From Podarcis melisellensis (Eukaryota), in assembly GCA_964234715.1 (NCBI GenBank), contig OZ174285.1: a stretch of 64,000 nucleotides of DNA, one strand, 5' to 3'. Under the pieces are notes generated by a model, which worked only from the letters and a program-made list of their open reading frames with translations, had not been told where the DNA came from and did not search any database. The number at the start of each line of letters is the position of its first letter. The first letter of the stretch is position 1. Shown here piece by piece: positions 24,156 through 34,417 of the stretch. Position numbers and translations under genes: made by a program.

Positions 24156-25381
24156 CATTTACATGGTGTGGCTGAAGGTGTTGTAGATGTGGTGTGGTAG
24201 TAGTTGTTGCTGTTATCTTCACCAGGTTGCCCAGGGCTGGCCTTAGGGAAGTCAGTAGTCAAATGTAAAATGTAGAGTACTTGTGTTGCCACCCCCCGGA
24301 CCTCTCAAGGAGGAGGCACACAAAGAAGGGTCTTGGAAGACGATCTCAGGGTCCAGGTAGGTTCATTTGGAAAGAGGCGGCCCTTGAGGTATTGCGGTCC
24401 TGAGCCATTTAAAGCTCTATAGGTCAAAACCAGCACATTAAATTGGGCCCAGAAACTAATTGGTAGCCAGTGCAGTCGGACCAGGATCTGTGTAATATGC
24501 TTAAACCCTCTTGCTCCGGTGAGCAACCTGGCTGCTGAATTCTGCACTAGCTGAAGTTTCCAAACCATCTTCAGAGACAGCCTTGCATATAATGCATTGC
24601 AGTAATCTAACCTTGAGGTTACCAGAGCATAGACAACAGTAGTTAGAGTATTCTTTTCCAGAAAGGGGCGTAGCTGGGCCACCAGCCAAAGCTGACAGAA
24701 GGCAGTCTGGGCCACTGAGGCCACTTGAGCCTCGAGTGACACCAAAGGATCCAGGAGTAACCCCAGGCTACGAACCTGCTCCTTCAGAGGAAGTGTAACC
24801 CCATCAAGAGCAAGTGATCTCCCACCCACCCGGTTTAGGGAACCACCCTCTAACAGTGCCTCAGTCTTGTCTGGATTGAGTTTCAGTTTGTTGGCTCTCA
24901 TCCAGTCCATTACTGAGGCAAGACACTGGTCCAGCACTTCCACTACCTCACCTACAGATGTAAAGGAGAAATAGATCTGAGTGTCATCAGCATACTGCTG
25001 ACAATGTACTCCAAAACCTCCGGATAACCGGAGCAGTTTCGTGTATATGTTAAACAATGTAGGGGATAGGATTGAGGCATGCAGAACCCCACATTGAAGA
25101 TTCCACTGGGCTTAAAAGCATTCCCCAAGTAACACCCTCTGGGAAGGACCTTCCAAGTAGGACTGGAACCACCACAAAGCAGTGACACCCACCCCTAGTT
25201 CGTACAGCTGCTCCGAAAGGATACCATGGCCAATGGTATCAAAAGCCATTGAGAGGTCAAGAAGAATTAACAGGGACATGTTTCCCTTGTCTCTCTCTCA
25301 GCAGAGGCAACCAAAGCAGTTTCTGTGCCAAAACCGGGCTTAAACCCCATTTGAAATGGATCCAGAAAATCAGTTTCTTCC

Positions 25382-26516
25382 GGGGTGCCACTAGAGGGCG
25401 CATCGGAAGATGGCTGACAATAACATCTCTCCGACCCACATGAGGTAATTTGGAGGCTATGTTGGGAGTAATTAGCCTCCCTACCCCCCCCCCCAGGATG
25501 GTGGGGGGGACTGTCCTTGCCTGCTGTGCCCTATACCACCCCCGAATTTGTGGGGATGGGGGCACTAGGCACAAAGCCCTCCTGTGGGATTCCAGCACTC
25601 CTGGACGCCATCCCTGATCCGCGCCACTAGCTGCAAGAACTTCAAACGAAACAATTTGGATGAAGGAATGCACATATTTCAAGGAAGGAGGGGGAGTAAA
25701 GATTGCTAACAGAAGAGATTTCTGATAAAACAAGACAAGAATAAAACATGAGAAGATATGTCAAGATACGGTATGGCAAATGAATGATGGGGGAGGGGGA
25801 AAAACTTTCCTTTCTTTCCTTATGTGATTAAACAAGAATCCCCTCCCCTCACGAGTCAGAATTGTCGTTTTAAGGACTTAAGCTGTGGATTTAAGGCTGT
25901 GTGGAGATAAACTTTCGAACCAAAGCATGTTTTAAGAAGAGCGTGGAATGTATAAGAGCTTTGGAATGACGCAGTTAAAAATGCCGTCGCCATATTGGGA
26001 AGTTCTGTCGGAGGACTTAAGTCTGAGAGGAGAAATAGAGAAATAGAGCTGTTTATATGTTGAGGGTGAAACTCCTCAGAGGGACTTAAGAGCGACAGTT
26101 TTACGAGATCAATGATGGAAAGAGCGAAGTTATCTATGAAGGTGATGATATATGGAAACCATCTCAATTTGAGGATTGGAAGAACGGAAAATTCACACAG
26201 GATTATTATTGGTGTTTATTGGCTTAAGGAGACTATCAGAAGAGATCATAAAGAAAAAAGAGAAAATATATGAACAAGATGTGATGTGGAAACAGCAATA
26301 TAAGATTGGATAGAATTATGAACTCTGTTTGGACTGATTTAGATTGATTTGGACATTAACGCAGTAGCAAGAAGATGATCAGAATCCCACTTCGGATCTT
26401 GAAATATGGGTTCTCCCAACAAAATTTAAAATTCGGCTTTGTAATTCGGAATTTATGTGATGTGATTTAATTTGATTTGATTGGCCGGTTAATAAACATA
26501 TTTTTTAAAAAAAAAT
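25382..26516 (+). mobile_element. 1.13-kb non-autonomous polyadenylated retroposon with L1-type insertion hallmarks, nested in the L2
   Basis: 17-bp TSD gaaaatcagtttcttcc at 25365-25381 and 26517-26533. G-rich start, AATAAA at 26491-26496, A-tail at about 26507-26515. No RT motifs. Confidence 0.88.
25386..25414 (+). promoter_or_regulatory. CTCF core motif (tgccactagagggcgca) followed by a YY1-type motif (aagatggc)
   Basis: Direct match to the CTCF consensus CCAC(C/T)AG(A/G)(G/T)GGCGC and to the YY1 core AAGATGGC. Binding is untested. Confidence 0.6.
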
Positions 26517-26707
26517 GAAAATCAGTTTCTTCCAAAAGTGCCTGGATCTGGTCTGCAACCACTCGCTCCAGAACCTTGCTCAGGAAAGGGAGATTAGCAA
26601 CTGGCCAGTAGTTAGTTAGGTTTTCCAAAACCAGGGAAGGTTTCTTAAGGAGTGTTTTTACCACTTCCTCCTTCAAACAGGCAGGGACCACCCCCGCTCA
26701 TAAAGAG

Positions 26708-26816
26708 TAAAGTTACCAGATTTCCTGGTCCCCAGATTTACAAATCAGCCCCCATACAAAATCCATTGAAGTTGAAAAGTGTCCCCGGATTCATTGAAAA
26801 AAATCTGGTAACCTTA
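26708..26816. mobile_element. 109-bp hAT MITE (Blackjack/Tip100-like termini) nested in the L2
   Basis: TIR taaagttaccagattt ... aaatctggtaacctta. Perfect 8-bp TSD ataaagag at 26700-26707 and 26817-26824. Confidence 0.92.
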
Positions 26817-27070
26817 ATAAAGAGGCATAGTTCACCTTCCTGGCCCAGCCAGCTGTTCCCTCCCTACTAGTTTTTATCAGCTAAGAGGGGCACCCTGACT
26901 GATCCGAGCACCTTGTCCACATCCTCAAGCCTTACCAACTGAAACTCATTCAACAAGACTAGACTGTGCTCTGGACACCCCATGAGATTCATCTGCTCTA
27001 ACAAGAGAGTAAGGGTCTTGGTGGATGCAAGCAATTTTATCCTCAAAATGCTTTGCAAACATGTCATAAC

Positions 27071-27223
27071 AAATGTGGAGTTTTTTGGGGGGGCTATTGA
27101 GTTGTTTTTATTCTGATTAAGTATTTTGTGGTTTTATATTTTTACCTTATTCTGTGAACCACCCTGAGACCTCCAGTTATAGGGTGGTATATAAATTCAA
27201 TAAATAAAAATAAAACAAATAAA
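27071..27223 (+). mobile_element. 3' UTR and tail of an L2-type LINE in sense orientation, probably the same insertion as 24285-27070
   Basis: T-rich UTR, stem-loop aaccaccctgagacctccagttatagggtggtat, (taaa)n-like tail. tacttgt flanks the composite at 24278-24284 and 27224-27230. Confidence 0.8.
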
Positions 27224-27488
27224 TACTTGTTCCAACAGAAAATAACCCCTCTCTTTTTCTAGATGCATTTTCACAGCTCATCTTGTAATCACAATTCGGA
27301 TACTTTACTGGCATAGTTATAGTATACATACATACCCGAGTATATACAAAGGGATGACTCCAAGCATTTGCTAGGATGTGAGCAAAGGACTATATGTTCT
27401 GCTACCCAGGACATGCTCAGATCACATGCTTGGTCTGTGATTCCTTTGTGTCTCGTATTGGGGACAATGTGTTGCACATTCTGACCAG

Positions 27489-27768
27489 AGGCAACCAACG
27501 TCAGTGGCTTTAAAAGAGGATTAGACCAATTCATGGAGGATAAGACTATAAGGGGCTGCTAGCCAGTATATTCCACTGTTTGCTGCCTTGGAAGTCAGTA
27601 TGCTCCTACAAAGCAGCTTCTAGAAACCATAGGAGGAGAGAGTTCTGTCACACTCAGGCCTGCTTGCAAGCTTCCCCTGGCATCTTGTTGGCCACTATGA
27701 TAACAGAATGCTTAACTAGAAAAAGGGCACTAGCTGGATCCAGCAGGGATCTTCTTACTGTCTTATGT
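27489..27768 (+). mobile_element. CR1 LINE 3' end
   Basis: ORF2 C-terminus tggctttaaaagaggattagaccaattcatggagg (GFKRGLDQFME) followed by the squamate CR1 3' UTR ending ggatccagcagggatcttcttactgtcttatg. Confidence 0.85.
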
Positions 27769-28321
27769 GAACACTACACCTCTCTGCTTTTGAGATTCTT
27801 GCTATGGCACGCTATTCAATTCCTATGTTCCTGTCAGAGTTGTTGGATATCCTTGTGCACTGTACTAACATTTCAGGAAGACAGATCCTGTGGATGCCTG
27901 AAAATGTAATGTGCTTCCAGAGAGCTCTGAGAATACAAGTATATATATATATACAAATAACATACTGTAGTCATCAAGGCTTTAAATTTCCATTTATTTT
28001 AATCTTACACCTCCTAAGTTACGGAAGTATCAGAAATTGTGAAATGCCAAAAAAAAATTGTATTGACAGTTGATATCAAGCTGAATTCCTGTGATGGCAC
28101 ACATTGGGAATTTCTGGTGTATTTTGGTAGGAGGACTGGGAAAGTACTGAAAATTACAGTGACTTTCCAAGGGTTCAGACAGGTATGAGTTAAATGAACC
28201 AAGGCAACTCTACATATGTTTGAGTCACAAAATTGTGCCAAGCAAATGTGTTTGGGTTAGTGTCTCTTTTTGCCACATAGGCTATATACGATAAAGTAAT
28301 GCAAAAATAACTTTTGGGCCT

Positions 28322-28435
28322 CCAGGGGGCCAAAAGTTACAAGTCCCGTCATCCCTGGTCACTGACCGTGCTTGTTGGGGTTCATGGGAGTTGTAGTTCA
28401 GCAGCATCTGGAGGCCCAGAGGTTCCCCACACCTG
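28322..28435. mobile_element. Older relative of the 133-bp palindromic hAT MITE
   Basis: catccctgg...atgggagttgtagttcagcagcatctggagg...ccacacctg parallels 3663-3795. Confidence 0.7.
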
Positions 28436-31400
28436 ATGTGTAGACAATTATTCTTTATGCTTCAAACCCCAACACTGAATAATATGCCAACAGGGTGCCA
28501 AGAAGTTATGTGTGAAGACCCAGATTAGGCAGGACTGTACTTTCACCTGTTAAATTCATTATAGTTTTTAAAAAGCAGGTCTTCTTAATCCAGACTTGTT
28601 TTACTGTTTTATTTTGAACATTCTGCCTGCCACTGACTGCTACATATTTCTATGCTTGCTTGTCTGTCTTGGTGTTCTGATAGCACACAGTGATTCTCTT
28701 GGAATGATCCTGACTTTTCTCCTCGGATGGTGAAATCTTGAATCATTCTAACCATTTCCTTTCTCAATTGGTTTTGCCTTTTCTTTTCTTACATTTACAT
28801 TTGCCTGCCTTCCACAGCACTGTTGTATTGGCTAGGCAGATGATAGGAGTTATAATCCAGAACATCTAGAGGGCACCAGGTTGGGGAAGGCTGGTAAATA
28901 TACACTTGTTTTTCTCAGTCTGTGTAAATGCTGTGAGACCCAAGTGGAAGCTGCTTTTAACAATGCTAAGCTTGGTGTTAATTAACCAAAATAGATTATC
29001 CCCTTGCCTCTGCCGTTGCATTTGTGCTAACATTTGGTTATTACCCTTTGCTACGGATTTCAAGTTTTATTTTCATATGTTGAAGCAAATTCTCACACGG
29101 TCTTCAAATTATCTCCTTGGGGGTGTTTTTCCTGAGTTAATCCTGACAGAATCTTCCTGCCAGATATGCCCATCAACTCTCTACATACAGGAACCTCTGT
29201 GCTTCAGGCTGTATGCAAATTTAATGCCCATCTCATTTCTGTTTCTCTTACATGGATGACAGATATTGTAACAATAACCTACACATTTCCCTATGGGGTT
29301 TCGATTGGATTTCCGTATATAAGAGTGCTTATATATGTTTTTTTGTTTTGCATGTGTGTTTCAGTACAATATTGGTAATGTATATATGGGTGTGTGTGTT
29401 GTTTGCTTACATTTATGCATAGGTAAAATGTATATGAATGCATGTGTCAAGGCAGTAAACAGCCAAGGAATATCAGAAATGTATCTAGATCCCAGGGAGA
29501 CTAATCAGTTACTAAAAAATAGATATGGTGGGGGAAAGTGATAAACAAGGAATGATAAACACGGGGTGTATACTGGAAAATACTTCCTAACATTCGAGGG
29601 TTTCTGCCTTCATAAGGAAAACAAGAAGCAACAGCATAGGAAATGAGCTTTTGTTTTCTGATGTTTCAAAACCAGCATAGTGAGGGCAAATGATATACCA
29701 GCAATCACAGAGTTTTCTTTACATGTGTCTGCAGTCGTCAAGGCAGACTTCAAGTGTTTGTCTGAAACTAATTTTCATCATAAGTAGCTTAGAAGGATTG
29801 GGATCAGTTTAACACCACCTGCTATATTATGTATCTTAAACGGGAATGGTCCTCATTAAAAAGAAAAGAAAGAAGCCTAAACTTAGATGGTGTGTGCGTG
29901 CGCCTAAGATGGGGGGAAAGGTTTGAAGTGGAGCTGGTTCATATTTTACTGTGCCCCTTGCACCAGCACCTCAGGAGAATGCAAGGTTGCAGTTGAACTC
30001 TCAGCTAGCCATGCTAGTATGGTTTCATGCCACTGTACATTTGGGTTGCTTTAATTGGAGTCATTGCTACATCTTGGGAAAAGAGCTGCTATAATGACTT
30101 CATTACAGCAGTGGCAAATGCAGCTCCCACAGTTAGTACACTTGATGCTTCTGCTTGATCATAGTCCAGCTGCAAACCAGATGATGGTCTCACATGGTCT
30201 GAGGTGCTCATATCAGGCCCACCCTAGAATATGAACCAGCCCTGAGAGACTGGCTGAATCATGGAGACCATTCAGTCGTGGTTCATATGCTTCATAATTA
30301 TACCACACTATAATTATGCAGATCAGGTGATTTAGGGAAATAGAGAGTATGGTACCGCTGTCCAAAAGTTATCCTCCATGCAGTTATCACCCAACCCCTA
30401 GAGTTTCTGTGCTTTAAAAAAAATGATGCTTCATACATATTGGCACGATGGCAAGTATACTTTGCTATTCTGAGGAGGAAAGCTCATTAAGACAGAATTT
30501 ATGGTTTTTTTTCCTAATGAAAATGCTACTGATGGAATATTGCTTTTTGGTATTGGGAAAATGAGAAAGGAGCTTCAGTCATAGTCGAACTGTGAAATAT
30601 TTGTCACTAGCAACCTCATACCTAGTGTTGCTCGGGAATTCTAAGAAACAAAAAAATCAGTGCAGTTGTGAAAGGTTCATTTTGCCATCTTGATTCAAAA
30701 TGGTGTCCAGATACTGATGAAAACAAGTTACTTGATCTCAGGAACTGTAATATATCTAAAGAAGTATGTAAATGCATAGCAGACAAATAACTTTCTAAAA
30801 TATATAGTATATATCTAGAAGGCACATGAATTGTAGATTTTTCACAAATACTGAATAGCCACATACATGCAATTGAGGGTGCAAGTAGACTAATTTTTAT
30901 AAAGAAAGACAGTTGAAATACACATAACACCTTCTCTGTTGGTAAAGGGAATCTTCAGATATTTCTATAATTAAAAAAAACCTGCAATATCTGTTTAGCA
31001 AGGAATGTGTGTATATACCATGGGAAGCAAAGCCTGTCTCTGATCACTTTCACCTCTTAAAAACTATTGTCTGTGTATAAGTAGTGAGGGAGAGAGGAGG
31101 GAAAGCAGCAAATTAATGCTGGATTTCACAAAAATATCCTTGTAACAATTTCTTAGCTGTTCTTGGCCTAAACATGTATCAGAGGGGTTTGCTCTTTTGT
31201 GGTCACATTTTACAGATCGTTGATAGTAAAATTGTTACTGGGCTCAAAATCTGTCTTTCAGAATAAATCTGTGTTGGTTTTGGGAGGGTCTGGCTGATTA
31301 AACTGAGAGCAAAACCAAGAACGGGGATTTTAGAAATTTGTTGTGAGAATCCCAAACAAAGTCCTCATTTCTAGTTTAATTAGATTTATAGGAAACAGAT

Positions 31401-32750
31401 TCAACTAAAATATACCTGTAATTGCATGTGTTGTGTATACTTTGAGACTGTTTTCAGTAATTTTCTTTTCCTCTACACCAAACTTTGTGAAACATGATAA
31501 AAATATCTCATGACTGAAACATTTCAATTTAGTACATCTAGTCAGGACGCTATGTATGCATGTGTGTAATTCTACATTTGTTCATGTTGAATAATATATG
31601 ACTAAAATATATGGAATGGTAGTATGATTTAGAAGAGGCGCTTTTGACACTATAGATACACAGTTTGATTAGTGTAATAGCATGGCAGTATATTTTCATT
31701 AGAATATTTCACAATGCACTTTGATGGAACATACATTCTATCAGTAGAATTTTGCTTGTGTTATGTTTCTGTGTTTTCTACATCTTTTTTTTAAGCTGCA
31801 GGTAAATCTCTGAAACAATGTAAACATTCAAAAAACTAAAAGAACCTGGTTCTTGGGCAATTGTACTATATTGCTGCATTCATCACTGATTTTATTGCCT
31901 CCAACATGAATTGTACAAGTTTCAATGCTATCTGTGTAGTTCAGATTTCCAACTGGGGCTAGCCATTTATATTTCCTGTTTTGCAAGAATCTCCAGATTG
32001 TTTCCCTCTATCTCTGACACTATAGAGCTACCTTATATTGAACTGTGATCACACGGTATCATGCATGTTGAATTTTCTACACAGAAGTAGCTTCCATGTA
32101 GGGAATTACATGAATCCCTTCATTGCAGCGGGGGCAGGGCATTTTTCATCAGAACCACACTAGGAGGAAGAGTTTGAATCCCCACCTCTGCCCGTCAGAC
32201 TCCCAAGCATGATTGGAGTCTCAGCCAACTGTTCTTTGCACTTTGAGATGATTTGTGCAACACAGACATTAAATATGTAGGCTCTAATATCTACTGCTCT
32301 GGCAAGTTCACCAGTCTGGGTTACCATCCTGTAGGGATTACCTGAATGTGAGCTGCTGAAGGAACCTTCCTCCTGGCATTAGTTGAGAGGTTTTAATATT
32401 GTATGTTGCCTCAGTTGCCTTTGGAAAGAGAGGCGACCTATAAATAATAGTACAGGAAGCCACGCAGAAGCACAGAATCAAAAGGTGTTTTGACAGCTGT
32501 TCCAAGAAGTGTAGCTAAGCCTTTACATCATATCACAGGTTCCCTTTCGACTGCTTTTTCAGTTGCTTCAAAAGCTCTAAAATCAACATTTTCCACACAC
32601 AACCCCTTTCATACACCAGGGATGGGTGAAATGATGTGGGACAGTGTCCTCAAGCTAAACTAGATTTGGGGGCATAACATATTTCAAACTCACAGGCAAG
32701 GGAATGGGCTTGGGTACTTGAACTTGGTGCTGCACTCTTTCCATTCAGAT

Positions 32751-33051
32751 TGTTACAAAAGTTGGGCGCCACCTCCACTCTTTGCAAGATTCCAGGGGAT
32801 TCCAGGCACTCACCCGGGGTCTGTATTCCTTTGGAGAATTGAGACACAGCAGAGACTGTTGTAGCTTTAAGAAATGTAGTTTATTCACCTAATTACACCT
32901 TCAGTGCAAATGGAGGGAGTCCAGATTTTACAGCATGGTCATTTCAAGAGGGGCTTGCCCCGCTCACAGCAGTGCAGCCCTGGAGTCCAAGCCATCTCTC
33001 CCAGCCACAGCTGAGATTTTTCAAAACTCTTAATCCTTTGCTTTTTACACA
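32751..33051 (-). mobile_element. Possible LTR fragment
   Basis: TG...CA boundaries, minus-strand AATAAA near 32880, higher GC than the flanks. No TSD found. Confidence 0.4.
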
Positions 33052-33748
33052 TCTGAATATACACAATACAAGCTACATGGCTTGTAAAATGAACGTTTGT
33101 TGCTGTTCCGAGATGATCCTTGTACAGCTCTTTAACTGCCTTAATTTTCTGAATTCCTTTGTTTTATTCTGTAATATGAAGAGATGAAAACTGGAAATCA
33201 TTTGTAAGCAATGTAGAATTTCCAATTCTGGACATAATTTAGCTTAATCCAAAGACTTACTAGGAGAAATACATATTTGCATTTAAAAAGGAAATGGAAG
33301 ACAATCAGAGTGACCCTGATTGGGACTATGGGGAATGGGTTTAACGCCTTGCTCCTACCCAGTGCACTCCATATGAATTTCCTGCCACCAGCCGCTATTT
33401 GTTTCTGGAGCGTTGCTGCTATTCATGGGGCAAACAGAAACTTCAAGAAGCAAGTTTGGGGTGGGGATTTAAGAGTGAAGATTCATCGCCCATATATCAT
33501 CTTAATCCTCATTGCCCCCTCCCATGACTACTTTAAAACAAAACATCCAATAACACATTTCTTGTATCATCTAGTCGTCTTCCCCAAAGTATATTTCTCT
33601 GAAGTTTGTGCTAAGTAAATAGTGTGAACTAATCAAGGAATAAGAAAACCATTGACAGTCTCGTCAGACTGTGCTGTCCAGAGAATGTACAGGTAATGCA
33701 GGGGAGGGGGAGCATATCAAGAGATCTCAGTCATATTCCTACAGATAA

Positions 33749-34243
33749 TGTCAGGGAATCAGATCCCTCCCACAGTTGGCAGCCAAGAATTAGATAAACA
33801 AGGAGAGCTCTTACCAAGTATTTTATTCAATATCCACAGAGAGAGGCTCAGAAAAAGGGCCTCTCACAGTAATGGCGTTGCTCTGAGTAGAGCCCCTCCC
33901 CCTCCGTTTCTCCTATTATATGTCATCCCTACATTGGCTGATCTGTGCTTTCTGCCTCTGAGCTTTCTGTTCTCCTACTTTCAATGCCCTCCGGGTTCTG
34001 GGAGAGGGCAGGTCTGGAATGCTTTCTAAAGATGCTGAGTCTGTCAGCTGTCTCTCCCCTGGTGCTGCTTCTTCTTCCTGCTCCTCTCCCAATATCTCCT
34101 ATCTTTTCCCCTCTGCAGTTTCTGAGCTGTGACCTCCCACACACCACTGTTGTAAATCTATACTGTCTTTCTCTTCTCTGGAAGGTTCAGGCTGGGGAGG
34201 TGGTGTCCACCATTCCTCTCGCTCCTTTGGCCAGTCTCTGACA
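33749..34243 (-). mobile_element. Solo LTR of 495 bp, probably Gypsy-like
   Basis: tgtcaggga ... tctctgaca inverted termini and a 5-bp TSD gataa (33744-33748, 34244-34248). On the minus strand CCAAT (~33933), TATA-like (~33916) and AATAAA (~33823) occur in the expected order. Confidence 0.88.
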
Positions 34244-34272
34244 GATAAGTAGGTCTAGGTCTGTGTAATCAG

Positions 34273-34417
34273 ATGAGAAGAATCCTGCAGGATCAGACCA
34301 AAGCCCCATCTAGTTCAGCATCCTGTTCTCCACAGCAACTAGCCAGGCTGTGGGAAACCCACAAGCAAGGCATGAGCACCACTGCATTCTCCTGCTGCTA
34401 TTCCCCAGTGACTGGCA
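34273..34417 (-). mobile_element. CR1-type 3' end
   Basis: ggatcagaccaaagccccatctagttcagcatcctgttctc is the reverse complement of the tail type seen at 27680-27768. Confidence 0.8.

Larger units (their letters stand above)
24285..27070 (-). mobile_element. L2-clade LINE ORF2 (reverse transcriptase) fragment, inverted 5' segment, with frameshifts and two nested insertions
   Basis: ORFs 24305-25057 (QYADDTQIY, WMRANKLKLNPDKTE, LVTSRLDYCN, LHWLPI) and 26467-26691 (LKKPSL..NYWPVANLPFLSKVLERVV) are L2/CR1-group RT motifs. Confidence 0.92.

Noticed and set aside
24305-25057. 250-aa RT ORF as an active or domesticated gene
   Set aside because: It is part of a truncated, inverted, frameshifted L2 interrupted by two insertions.
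25856-26167. 103-aa minus-strand ORF (and 25257-25733) inside the retroposon
   Set aside because: Antisense to the element's poly(A) polarity, with no recognisable domain. Likely a by-product of strand composition.
30693-30710. att caa aat ggt gtc cag (IQNGVQ), resembling the start of the missing MCTP1 exon
   Set aside because: No AG acceptor, similarity stops after six codons, and it is out of exon order. Chance match.
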